DNA of 64,000 bases from Tetramitus jugosus (lineage: Eukaryota; Protista; Heterolobosea): contig OW569388.1 of the NCBI GenBank assembly GCA_937625935.1, positions 336,225 to 400,224 of the forward strand, written 5' to 3'. A model generated the notes under the pieces. The model was not told where the DNA came from, made no database searches, and was given only the letters and a program-made list of their open reading frames with translations. Of the stretch, positions 21,955 through 31,724 are shown one piece after another; within the stretch, counting starts at the first letter, position 1, and every line of letters begins with the position of its first letter. Made by a program: the position numbers and the translations under genes.

Positions 21955-24900
21955 ATGTGGCTCTCTTCTCTAAAGAAGCGATTAGCTAATAAGTCAAAGT
22001 CGTCTCCTTCTGATACCGACAATGCAACCTCTGCAGATCCAAGTACAATCGATTGCTTGCAGCAGCAAAGAGAAACAAAAGTAGGAAATCCCTCTTTTCC
22101 CATGATTACCTTCTCTGATAAGGCGAGTACTCCACTGCAGATTGATTCTCAGAAATTGACTGTTCAAGTGACTCTACCCATGGTCAAAGTCACATGTTTG
22201 ATGACATTTGTGAATCATCATTCTACGACATTGGAGGGAGAACTCGTGTTTCCATTGCCCGACAATGCTGCACTCACTGGTTATGCGTTGGATGTCGATG
22301 GTGTGCTGGTTGATGCTGTTCCGATTGATAAGGAGAAGGCCAAGGTTGTTTTTGAGCAAGAGGTCAGATCTAGGGGCAAGGGTGCCGCAATTGTCGAAAT
22401 GTCAGAGCAATCCAATTCGTTCAAGACGCGAGTGTATCCATTGCATCCCAATCAGAAGAAAACCATCAAGGTGGTGTATACGATGCCAGTCGAAACGACA
22501 CAAGACAAGAAATCTGTGGTTCATGTGCCGTTTGGTCTGCCTCCTGGTGTGGACAAGTCACAGGTGAACATTGAGGCCAGTATTGAGTGGCTCTGCGCTT
22601 CGACTCATGAATTGAAGCTCTTCTTTAATGGTCAAATTGAAGTACGAAAAACAGCGAGCTTCAAGAACGGTTATCAAGTGGCAACGGTGGATCAAAACGA
22701 TTTGAACTCTGATGTCCAAGTGCTTGTAGTTCAAAGCACTCACACCTTGGAGGATAATGTGACTATTGTGGAAGATGCCTACTTTTGTTCCCGATTCAAG
22801 GTTCAAAAACCAGAAACGAACGCCAGGATCGATGCCGAGACTATTCAGATCATGTGGGACTGCTCCTTCAGTAGAGAAGGCAAGGTAGATCGAGATGTTC
22901 AACTACTGACGAGGATTTTGAAAGAGCTATCACCCAAGCAGATTATCTTTACACCATTTAGCAATGGTATCCTGAAAAAGCAAGAAGCAACGTTTACCAA
23001 TACTCAATCCATCATCCGTCATATTCAGGAGAAGATTCACTATGATGGTGCGACCAATATTTCCATGCTAGAGCAGGGATTGAACGAGTCTGCCGCCTAC
23101 TGCATTGTGTTTACCGATGGTATTCACACCTTGGGTGTGGAAGCAACCCCAGAAACAACCTATTCAATTCCGTTGTATATTATTTCATCTGCTGTCACAT
23201 CGAACAGTCAACTATTGTCCCATATTGCTACCAAGAGCGGTGGTTCGTTCCTAAGTGCTGTCAAGATGAGCGACGATCAAGTCATTGATCAGATTGGACG
23301 ACCAGTCCTCTATTTCCTTGTTGCCGATTATGAGTCAGAGCAGTTTGAAGAAGTTTATCCCAATGAACCAACCATCCTTGATCCAAATGGCTACTTTAAT
23401 CTGTATGGTAAGATTAAAGAGGGAGGAGAGATGGCAGTTAGTTTTAGATATGGAGCCGATATTGTGGAGACGAGAGTGCTGCGTATTGAACAACCAAGCG
23501 ACAAGCATGAAACAAGTGAAAGAATTGTTCACTTTTTGTGGGCAAAACAAAAAATGAGCTCCATGTCTGTGTTTCCTCATCTGTTCGAAGAGGAACTCAA
23601 GCAATTAGGAAGAGATTGGTCTATTGTAACTCCAAAAACTTCTTTGATTGTATTAGAGAGTTTGGAACAGTATGTAAAGCATAAAATTATGCCACCAGCA
23701 TCATTGGGCACTATCAGAAAGGAGTACCTCGCTTCCTTGCTCAAGAAGGACCAAAGTGAAGAAGAAAGAGTAAGAAACAAAATCATCAGCGTTTTAGCGA
23801 CATGGGACGGAAGGAAACGTTGGCATCAAACTACTTTTATTGAGGAGGTTGAGCCAGAACCACAGAATGATAACGATGACTTTAGCAGCTTGATTGACCC
23901 TCCGATGCCACCCTCCACTTCCATCTCTTGTCCACCACCACCGCCATCGTCTACTGATGTCCCGCCACCTCCTCCACCTGCAACACCCTGTTCTGAGCCT
24001 CCTCCACCTCCCTCATCCGCACCTTGTCCACCCCCACCTCCAACAGCACCGATAGCATTTTCTGGACCTCCACCACCTGCAATGCTCTGCTCTGGACCTC
24101 CACCACCGCCACCTTCATCCACACCTTGCCTACCACCACCACCACCGACAGTATATGCTGGTGCTCCACCACCTTCTCCAATGTCCAGTTTGGGACCTCC
24201 ACCACCTCCTCCAGCATCCACTGGTTGTGCTATGCCTCAGACCAACTATCCTTGTGTTCCACCCTCTGGATTACTTAGATCGGTTTCCCGTCCTCCACAA
24301 TCGCAGGCTACTCGTAGTGACGAAGGATCCTTGAATGGAATTCTTGCTTCTGCAATGTCAATGAGACGTTCATTTTCTGAGTCCGAGTCCGCGTCTGATT
24401 CATCCGAAGATGATGATGAATGGGACGAAGTCCCAACTCCTGCGAAGAATTCTGCAAGAAGAGAATCATCAGCTGTCAGTGCGAAAATTAATGTGCAAGT
24501 ATGGAAATCATCCGCCTCGTACATGGCCACTATCCAAAATTCGACTGATCCATATGAAACGTACTTGAAGGAGAGAGATGGACATCGTTCTTCTCCTGCA
24601 TTCTTTTTGGATGTCGCTGATTATTGGTTGACTCAACTCAATGAGTTAGAGACTGGTGTACTCATCTTGACCAATATTCTGGAATTGGAGTTAGAGAATG
24701 CTCAATTATTTAGAATTGTTGGTTATCGATTGGATCAGGCCAAGCAGTATGACTTGGCTGAAATTGTGTTTGAGAAGGTAAAGAAGATGAGACCAGATGA
24801 GCCTCAAAGCTACCGTGATCTTGCTCTGATCAAAGAAAAGTTGGGCAAGTTTGAAGAAGCAGTCGAATTATTCAACAAGGTGATTACAGGCGAATGGGAC

Positions 24901-25377
24901 ATGAGATTTGATGAAATTGAACAGACGGCTGCTATTGAATTGAATCATTGCTTGCAAAAGTGTCCAGATTTGAAGCCATGTCATGAACGCTTCAGATACA
25001 AGATGGACCTCGATCTGAGAATTAGTATGGCCTGGGATGTAAATGACGTTGATATTGACTTGCATGTGCATGAAGGTTGTCGAAATGGTGAGTATTGTTA
25101 CTATGCGTATCCTCGAACGAGGATTGGAGGCTATGTTAGTCGTGATTTCAGACAAGGTTATGGTCCCGAGGAATATATGCTCCGCAAGGCTCCCACAGGC
25201 AAGTACAAAGTAGAAGCAACATATTTTGCAAATCATCAACAGTCATTGACAGGAGGAACAACCGTGCTTTGCACATTCTTTACCAATTACATGAGAGAGG
25301 ATGAGAAGTCAGAAGTAGTAACGATTCGTTTGCCTTCCAGTCGATCAAAATTCTCTGTTTGCACAATTTCTATCTGA
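21955..25377 (+). CDS. VIT - vWA-like - proline-rich - TPR - DUF2135-like protein
   Basis: LEGELVFPLP..YALDVDG..FEQEVR (VIT); MWDCSFSR, YDGATN, FTDG (MIDAS); RPDEPQSYRDLAL (TPR); DLRISMAW..DIDLHV..SRDFRQGYGPEEY (DUF2135/YfaP-like). Confidence 0.85.
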   Translation: MWLSSLKKRLANKSKSSPSDTDNATSADPSTIDCLQQQRETKVGNPSFPMITFSDKASTPLQIDSQKLTVQVTLPMVKVTCLMTFVNHHSTTLEGELVFPLPDNAALTGYALDVDGVLVDAVPIDKEKAKVVFEQEVRSRGKGAAIVEMSEQSNSFKTRVYPLHPNQKKTIKVVYTMPVETTQDKKSVVHVPFGLPPGVDKSQVNIEASIEWLCASTHELKLFFNGQIEVRKTASFKNGYQVATVDQNDLNSDVQVLVVQSTHTLEDNVTIVEDAYFCSRFKVQKPETNARIDAETIQIMWDCSFSREGKVDRDVQLLTRILKELSPKQIIFTPFSNGILKKQEATFTNTQSIIRHIQEKIHYDGATNISMLEQGLNESAAYCIVFTDGIHTLGVEATPETTYSIPLYIISSAVTSNSQLLSHIATKSGGSFLSAVKMSDDQVIDQIGRPVLYFLVADYESEQFEEVYPNEPTILDPNGYFNLYGKIKEGGEMAVSFRYGADIVETRVLRIEQPSDKHETSERIVHFLWAKQKMSSMSVFPHLFEEELKQLGRDWSIVTPKTSLIVLESLEQYVKHKIMPPASLGTIRKEYLASLLKKDQSEEERVRNKIISVLATWDGRKRWHQTTFIEEVEPEPQNDNDDFSSLIDPPMPPSTSISCPPPPPSSTDVPPPPPPATPCSEPPPPPSSAPCPPPPPTAPIAFSGPPPPAMLCSGPPPPPPSSTPCLPPPPPTVYAGAPPPSPMSSLGPPPPPPASTGCAMPQTNYPCVPPSGLLRSVSRPPQSQATRSDEGSLNGILASAMSMRRSFSESESASDSSEDDDEWDEVPTPAKNSARRESSAVSAKINVQVWKSSASYMATIQNSTDPYETYLKERDGHRSSPAFFLDVADYWLTQLNELETGVLILTNILELELENAQLFRIVGYRLDQAKQYDLAEIVFEKVKKMRPDEPQSYRDLALIKEKLGKFEEAVELFNKVITGEWDMRFDEIEQTAAIELNHCLQKCPDLKPCHERFRYKMDLDLRISMAWDVNDVDIDLHVHEGCRNGEYCYYAYPRTRIGGYVSRDFRQGYGPEEYMLRKAPTGKYKVEATYFANHQQSLTGGTTVLCTFFTNYMREDEKSEVVTIRLPSSRSKFSVCTISI

Positions 25378-25434
25378 TGATTCATTCGTCTCAGATGCAA
25401 TTCAATTAGTAATTACATTACAATAGCTCTTTAT

Positions 25435-28299
25435 TCAAATAAAAGTGATGAGATATTCAGGGTATGCTCTTGAATTCTCATAAATAATGAAAATGTTTCC
25501 ATCTGGACTGTTGACCGCATCATATCTGATGCTGTGTGCAATATCAACACCTGTGTTCTTCACTGGCGGCATCGTGATACTGTTATCGTTGCTCATCTTG
25601 ATTGCATCACCCACAGCAACTTTGGCCAGAAACATTTGCTTTGTGTTTGTTGATTGCTTGGTGTGGGCATACCCACCACCAGAGTAGGAAGCGTCATTTG
25701 CAAAGTAACATCCTCTTCCCCACATTCCTTGTTGAGAGTGACGCATATCAAATCCAACTTCATCTTCATAGACTTGCTTTGGAGGTGTTGATTTCGTTCC
25801 ATGGAATAGGTATCGTTCGTTTGCGGCACCTCCATTCTTCATCTCGATCAGTTCTCTCTGGTTGACATACTTCTTCCACAACCATCGATTCTGAATTCGC
25901 TCCACTTTGATAATACGACATTGTGGGAGAGTATGTTTCACCCTGGCACTCACACTAATGTGCTCTCGATTTGTAGCATACAAATTAACTAACCTACAAT
26001 TCTCAGTTTGAGTGGTCCAATGTTCTGGATACTTCATCGAGCTTGGTTGTTGTGACTCTGCACGAAGAATGATGTTTTCTGCTGCGTCCAACTTCTCTTT
26101 AATTCCATTTAGTGCAAAGAACTGTGAATCTCCTTCATTCATTGCAATCACTTCGACATCGGGCATGTGCTTGATCAATTTTCGAAGCTTACGAAGAGTT
26201 TGAGAAGTGTTTGTCAGCTTCCGAACTCCAATGAGTTTGTTAAGCAACTCGAACAAATCGTTCTTTGCCTTTGCAATGTTGGAAGGCCTTCCCACAAGCT
26301 CAATAGTGACTTTCTCATCATATTGAGCACGAGGCGGAGTGTATTTCTCTTCTTTCCTCCTCATATGGCGTTGGAATTGAGTAGCACTGTTTTGTTGAAT
26401 GTGCTTTCCATTTTGATAGTCATAAACAATGTAATAGTTTTGTTTTTCGTCATCAATCATTCTCGATAAGCCAATTTCTATGTATCGCTCCTTTTGTTGA
26501 TATCCCTGTTCGATTTTTTCAGCATTTTCAAAGGAGTACTCTTGCTCAACTTTTTCATCATCAATCCACACCCAGCTGCATAAAGTTCTCTGATGATCTT
26601 TCGTAGCACCCACATTATTCTTTCTGATCAACACCATTTCGACCTCTGTTTCGTTCATCATACGGTTCTTTAAAGTCTCCGCCACAGAGTATTGTATTTT
26701 GCTCAAGGATAGTTGTGTACGATGAAGAGATTGTTGGATCTCGAGCTGGAGTTCTTCGATATCTCTGGTAATATCTTGAGTATGCTGCTTATCAACTTTG
26801 AATGTGAGGCCTTCTTCCCTAGCCCTCTGTTGGAATTTTGCTCCATACTTGGCCGCAATTTGATCCACATCCTCTTTCTTCATTAGAATTCTCATGAACA
26901 ACCTGCATGGCACATTGACGTTTATAGGTGAGGTGGCTGTAGGACACACAGACCGCACGAGTTCATCTATTGTGTCCAAAAGTCCAGAACTCACGCAAGT
27001 GATATTAAGCACAACTCCCGAAACAGGCTTCGGATCTTCCATTGTGAAGATGAAACTGTTCTCTCCTTTTTGCATTTCTTCCAACCTTTTCTGAAGAGAC
27101 CTTCTTGTGGTTGCGAGCAGATTCTTTGGGAGTTCATATCGCAATTGTTGAACAATTAATGACTCCTTAACGGCTTTCAATTCTTTCATGACATTCTCGA
27201 CTGCTTCTTTCTTTCCTTCAATCTTAAAAGCACCATTTTCCTCCTTAATACTAACTGTCTTGGCAATCTCTGATTTGGGGATAGTAAATTGTTTAAGAAA
27301 AGTCTTTTGCCCCTTTTCTCTTCCGCTGAATGTCAGAACATCTGTTTTGACATCTTTCTCATCTAAAAACCTGTTGACCAATTGAATTGCTTCAACAATC
27401 CCTTTTGATCCAATTCCATTGAAATCTAATCCTAGATTCTGAAACACAATAGTGACTTTCAGTTTGTTCACTTCGCTCATTAGTTTTGAATCTTTGACAA
27501 GTTTGATTCTCTCTACACACAATGGCAGGTGCATGCTCGGAAATATCATCAGGAGGGCCTTGTGATATTCATCTACATCGCTCTTCACAGGGCTGGTCAT
27601 TTCGATGTATCCTTCATTCCAGGCAATTTTCTGAAAAGAAGAGCGTACGGTAGGCCACTCCTCCGATAACAGTTCCAATTCTTTCTGCACATCAGAGCTC
27701 CAACTCACTTTTACGTACAGTCTCATCTTCTTTCGGTGAATGTCTTTCTTGGTAGCACTAATTGTCCAAGTATTATTACTACTAATTGACACGGTTTCGG
27801 AAACATTTGAAACAGAAAGAACATGATCTTGGGCACTGTACTCTTTGAAGAACATGGATGGTTCACGAACTTCCTTGACATTCAATACTTGAATAAGATA
27901 GTCCTTGAGAATGGAATACTTTTGCTCATCACCTACAAAGGCCATCCAAATTAAATTGCTGGCCGAGGCACTCTGATAAAACTGCAAAAAGTAGCCGCCC
28001 TGAAAGTAAAACTCACAAAAGTCTTTCAACATCATTCTGTTGTCTGGAGCAGTAGTAATCACTGCCTTTTTACTGGTGAGCCCTTGCTCTAGGTCATCTA
28101 TGATGCATGATAAATTGTGTCCAGATAATTCAATGGTTTTGTTTGTTGGGTACTCGAATTGGACTTCACTGAGGCAAGGTGCCAAAAATTGTTTCACATA
28201 GCGCACGGCCAATGGTGAAGAAAATTGGAGGATTCGTCTCTCTGGTTTCTTCTTCTGGATGTCCTTTGTGTGCTTCTTTCTTGGTCGGCCTGAACTCAT
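25435..28299 (-). CDS. PARP14-like mono-ADP-ribosyltransferase, copy 1 (KH-like, 1 WWE, ART)
   Basis: WVWIDD..Y (WWE); RIQNRWLW, LFHGT, WGRGCYFA..SYS, IFIIY..RAYPEYLITF; triad H-Y-I. Confidence 0.88.
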   Translation of the reverse strand: MSSGRPRKKHTKDIQKKKPERRILQFSSPLAVRYVKQFLAPCLSEVQFEYPTNKTIELSGHNLSCIIDDLEQGLTSKKAVITTAPDNRMMLKDFCEFYFQGGYFLQFYQSASASNLIWMAFVGDEQKYSILKDYLIQVLNVKEVREPSMFFKEYSAQDHVLSVSNVSETVSISSNNTWTISATKKDIHRKKMRLYVKVSWSSDVQKELELLSEEWPTVRSSFQKIAWNEGYIEMTSPVKSDVDEYHKALLMIFPSMHLPLCVERIKLVKDSKLMSEVNKLKVTIVFQNLGLDFNGIGSKGIVEAIQLVNRFLDEKDVKTDVLTFSGREKGQKTFLKQFTIPKSEIAKTVSIKEENGAFKIEGKKEAVENVMKELKAVKESLIVQQLRYELPKNLLATTRRSLQKRLEEMQKGENSFIFTMEDPKPVSGVVLNITCVSSGLLDTIDELVRSVCPTATSPINVNVPCRLFMRILMKKEDVDQIAAKYGAKFQQRAREEGLTFKVDKQHTQDITRDIEELQLEIQQSLHRTQLSLSKIQYSVAETLKNRMMNETEVEMVLIRKNNVGATKDHQRTLCSWVWIDDEKVEQEYSFENAEKIEQGYQQKERYIEIGLSRMIDDEKQNYYIVYDYQNGKHIQQNSATQFQRHMRRKEEKYTPPRAQYDEKVTIELVGRPSNIAKAKNDLFELLNKLIGVRKLTNTSQTLRKLRKLIKHMPDVEVIAMNEGDSQFFALNGIKEKLDAAENIILRAESQQPSSMKYPEHWTTQTENCRLVNLYATNREHISVSARVKHTLPQCRIIKVERIQNRWLWKKYVNQRELIEMKNGGAANERYLFHGTKSTPPKQVYEDEVGFDMRHSQQGMWGRGCYFANDASYSGGGYAHTKQSTNTKQMFLAKVAVGDAIKMSNDNSITMPPVKNTGVDIAHSIRYDAVNSPDGNIFIIYENSRAYPEYLITFI

Positions 28300-28324
28300 T
28301 TTGTGTTTTTGTTTGGTGTGATTG

Positions 28325-28520
28325 CCGAAAACTTTCCTCCTTCAAGTGTCAAGATATTTTCCGCCTTTTTTGGAGGACGCTCCTTCATTTTTGTTGGGTC
28401 GGAGATTCAATGGTCCACCGGAGATTCAATGAACCAAGGCTTGTGTCACTAAAAGCGAACAAAAAGTGATCTTTATTTCACTTGACGTCTTGAACGATCG
28501 AATCGTTACTTAAAAGTAAT
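28325..28520. repeat. Intergenic segment duplicated at ~35166-35360
   Basis: Near-identical CCGAAAACTTT..CCTCCTTCAAGTGTCAAGATATTTTCCGCC..TGTGTCACTAAAAGCGAACAAAAAGTGATC..GAATCGTTACTTAAAAGT in both spacers. Confidence 0.9.
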
Positions 28521-31466
28521 GAGATACTCGGGATATGCCCTTGAATTCTCATAAATAATGAAGACTAGGCAATTTTGAGTAATACCACTGACTGCATCAT
28601 ATCTGATGCTGTGTGCAATATCAACACCTGTGTTCTTCACTGGTGGCATCGTGATACTTTTGTCGCTGTTCATCTGAATTGCATCACCCACAGCCACCTT
28701 AGCCAGAAACATTTGCTTCTCATTGGTTGATGGCAGGGTGTGGGCATACCCACCACCAGAATATGAAGCATTCTTCGCAAAATAGCACCCTCTTCCCCAC
28801 ATTCCTTGTTGAGAGTGACGCATATCAAATCCAACTTCATCTTCATAGACTTGCTTTGGAGGTGTTGATTTCGTTCCATGGAATAGGTATTGTTCGTTTG
28901 AGTCACCTCCATTCTTCATCTCGATCAGTTCTCTCTGGTTGACATACTTCTTCCACAACCATTGATTCTGAATTCGCTCCACTTTGATAATACGACATTG
29001 TGGAAGAGTATGTTTCACCTTTGCACTCACACTAATGTACTCTTGACATGATGAATCTAGGTCGATCAACTTGCAATTCTCAGTTTGAGCAATCCAATGT
29101 TTTGGGTACTTCATCGAGGTCGGTTGTTGTGACTCTGCACGAAGAATGATGTTTTCTGCTGCATCTAACTTCTCTTTCAATCCGCTTATTGCAAAGCACT
29201 GTGAGCCTCCTTCATTCAATTCAATCACTTCGACATCGGGCATGTGCTGGATCAATTTTCGAAGCTCAAAAAGAGTTTGAGAAGTGCTTGTCAGCTCTCG
29301 CTCTCCAATGAGCTTCTTAAATCGAGCGTCCAGATCGTTCTTAGCTTTTGCAATGTTGGTAGGCCTTCCCACAAGCTCAATAGTGACTTTCTCATTCTCT
29401 CGAGCACGAGGCGGAGTGAATTTCTCTTCTCTCCTCCTCATATGGCGTTGGAATTGAGTGACACTGTTTTGTTGGATGTGATTCCCATTTTGATAGTCAT
29501 AAATAATGTAATACTTTTGTCTTTTGTCATCAAGCATTCTCGATAAGTTAATGACTATGTATCGCTCCTTTTGTTGATATCCCTGTTCGATTTTTTCAGC
29601 ATTTCCAAAGGAGTAATCTTGTTCTACTTTTTTATCATCAATCCACACCCAGCTGCATAAAGTTCTCTGATGATCTTTCGTAGCACCCACATTATTCTTT
29701 CTGATCAATGTCATTTCGACCTCTGTTTCGTTCATCATACGGTTCTTTAAAGTCTCCGCCACAGAGTATTGTATTTTGCTCAAGGATAGTTGTGTACGAC
29801 GAAGAGATTGTTGAATCTCGAGCTTGAGTTTTTCGATGTCTCTGGTAATATCTTGAGTATGCTGCTTATCAACTTTGAATGTGAGGCCTTCTTCCCTAGC
29901 CCTCTGTTGGAATTTTGCTTTATACTTGGCCGCAATTTGATCCACATCCTCTTTCTTCATTAGAATTCTCATGAACAACCTGCATGGCACATTGACGATT
30001 ATAGGTGAAGTGGCTGCAGGACATACAGACCGCACCAGTTGATCTATTGAGTCCAAAAGTCCAGAACTCACGCACGTGATGTTAAGCACAACTCCCGAAA
30101 CAGGCTTCGGATCTTCCATTGTGAAGATGAAACTGTTCTCTCCTTTTTGCATTTCTTCCAACCTTTCCTGAAGCAACTTTCTTGTGTTTGCGAGCAGATT
30201 CTTTGGGAGTTCATATCGCAATTGTTGAACAATTAATAGTTCCTTAACGGCTTCCAATTCTTTCATAAACTTCTCAACTGCTTCTCTCTTTCCTTCAATC
30301 TTGAAAGCACCCTCTTCGTCCTTAATACTAACTGTCTTGGCAATCTCTGATTTGGGGATAATAAATTGTTTAAGAAAGATCTTTTGCCCCTTATCTTTTC
30401 CGTTGAATGTCAGAACATCTGTTTTGACATCTTTCTCATCTAAAAACCTGTTGACCAATTGAATTGCTTCTTCAACAATCCCTTTTGATCCAATTCCATT
30501 GAAATCTAATCCTCTCTTCTTAAATACTATAGTGACTTTCAGTTTGTTCACTTCGCTCAGTATTAGTTTTGAATCTTTGACAAGTTTGATTCTTTCTACA
30601 CACAATGGCAGGTGCATGCTCGGAAATATCATCAGGAGGGCCTTGTGATATTCATCTACATCGCTCTTCACAGGGCTGGTCATTTCGATGTATCCTTCAT
30701 TCCAGGCAATTTTCTGAAAAGAAGAGTGTACGGTAGGCCACTTCTCCGATAACAGTTCCAATTCTTTCTGCACATCAGAGCTCCAACTCACTTTTACGTA
30801 CAGTCTCATCTTCTTTCGGTGAAGGTCTTCCTTGGCACTAATCGTCCAAGTATTGCGTTCTGAAGCAACACTACTGCTGATTGATACGTTATCGGAAACA
30901 TCTGAAACGGAACGAACATCATCTTGGGCACTGTACTCTTTGAAGAACATTGATAGTTCAGAAAAGTCCTTGACATTCAATACTTGAATAAGATAGTTCT
31001 TGAGAATTGAATACTTTTGCTCATCACCTACAAAGGCCATCCAAATTAAATTGCTGTCCGTGACATTCAGATAAAACTGCAGAAAGTACTCATCCTGGAG
31101 ATAAAATTCACAAAAGTCCTCCAACATCATCCTGTTTTCTGGAGCAGTTTTAGTCATCACTGCCTTTTTCTTGGCGAGCCTTTTGTCTAGACGATCTATG
31201 ATGAATGATAGATTGTGTCCAGATAATTCAATGGTTGTCGAGTGGTATTCCCATTTAATCTTCCCACGAGGTGAAGCACCTCTCATTTGTTTCACGTATG
31301 ATACGGCAAAAGGTGAAGAAAATTCAAGAATTCTTCTATCTGGCTTCTTTTGTTCTTGTGTGGTGTGCATTTTCTTTGCTTGGTTTGGCTGTTTGGGAGT
31401 GGACGGTGGAGGTGCCTTTGTGCCTTTTGCAACCCGTTTCTTCAATCCTTTACCACTTGAACTCAT
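28506..31466 (-). CDS. PARP14-like mono-ART, copy 2 (KH-like, 1 WWE, ART)
   Basis: Paralogue of copy 1; ATG at 31466 (MSSSGKG); triad H-Y-V. Confidence 0.88.
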   Translation of the reverse strand: MSSSGKGLKKRVAKGTKAPPPSTPKQPNQAKKMHTTQEQKKPDRRILEFSSPFAVSYVKQMRGASPRGKIKWEYHSTTIELSGHNLSFIIDRLDKRLAKKKAVMTKTAPENRMMLEDFCEFYLQDEYFLQFYLNVTDSNLIWMAFVGDEQKYSILKNYLIQVLNVKDFSELSMFFKEYSAQDDVRSVSDVSDNVSISSSVASERNTWTISAKEDLHRKKMRLYVKVSWSSDVQKELELLSEKWPTVHSSFQKIAWNEGYIEMTSPVKSDVDEYHKALLMIFPSMHLPLCVERIKLVKDSKLILSEVNKLKVTIVFKKRGLDFNGIGSKGIVEEAIQLVNRFLDEKDVKTDVLTFNGKDKGQKIFLKQFIIPKSEIAKTVSIKDEEGAFKIEGKREAVEKFMKELEAVKELLIVQQLRYELPKNLLANTRKLLQERLEEMQKGENSFIFTMEDPKPVSGVVLNITCVSSGLLDSIDQLVRSVCPAATSPIIVNVPCRLFMRILMKKEDVDQIAAKYKAKFQQRAREEGLTFKVDKQHTQDITRDIEKLKLEIQQSLRRTQLSLSKIQYSVAETLKNRMMNETEVEMTLIRKNNVGATKDHQRTLCSWVWIDDKKVEQDYSFGNAEKIEQGYQQKERYIVINLSRMLDDKRQKYYIIYDYQNGNHIQQNSVTQFQRHMRRREEKFTPPRARENEKVTIELVGRPTNIAKAKNDLDARFKKLIGERELTSTSQTLFELRKLIQHMPDVEVIELNEGGSQCFAISGLKEKLDAAENIILRAESQQPTSMKYPKHWIAQTENCKLIDLDSSCQEYISVSAKVKHTLPQCRIIKVERIQNQWLWKKYVNQRELIEMKNGGDSNEQYLFHGTKSTPPKQVYEDEVGFDMRHSQQGMWGRGCYFAKNASYSGGGYAHTLPSTNEKQMFLAKVAVGDAIQMNSDKSITMPPVKNTGVDIAHSIRYDAVSGITQNCLVFIIYENSRAYPEYLITFK

Positions 31467-31724
31467 CTTGTGACACTTGTTGGTTTTTCGGAGGTGGGAT
31501 TTTGTTATCCGGCGGCACTTAAAAAAAGGTAGACCTCCTTCATTTTGCGAAGTCGGAGTCAAATAATTTTCCTTCTAATTGGAACTTCAAGGAGGAGAAA
31601 TGAAGTCACAAGGGAACTCGAATGAAGTCTAAAGAAAACAATACCTTTACTTACGAAAGGAACCTTCTTCAAGTAAGAAGCGACTTGACGATTTCGTCGT
31701 ATCTTTTCCATCGTTCAGATATCA

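Noticed and set aside
23826-24221. Gly-rich 131-aa minus-strand ORF
   Set aside because: Reverse complement of the polyproline codons of the VIT gene.
31467-31562. N-terminal extensions from non-ATG starts in the ORF track (also 35189, 15066, 15129, 6904, 9428)
   Set aside because: Eukaryotic context; paralogues start at MSSS and downstream ATGs have A-rich leaders.
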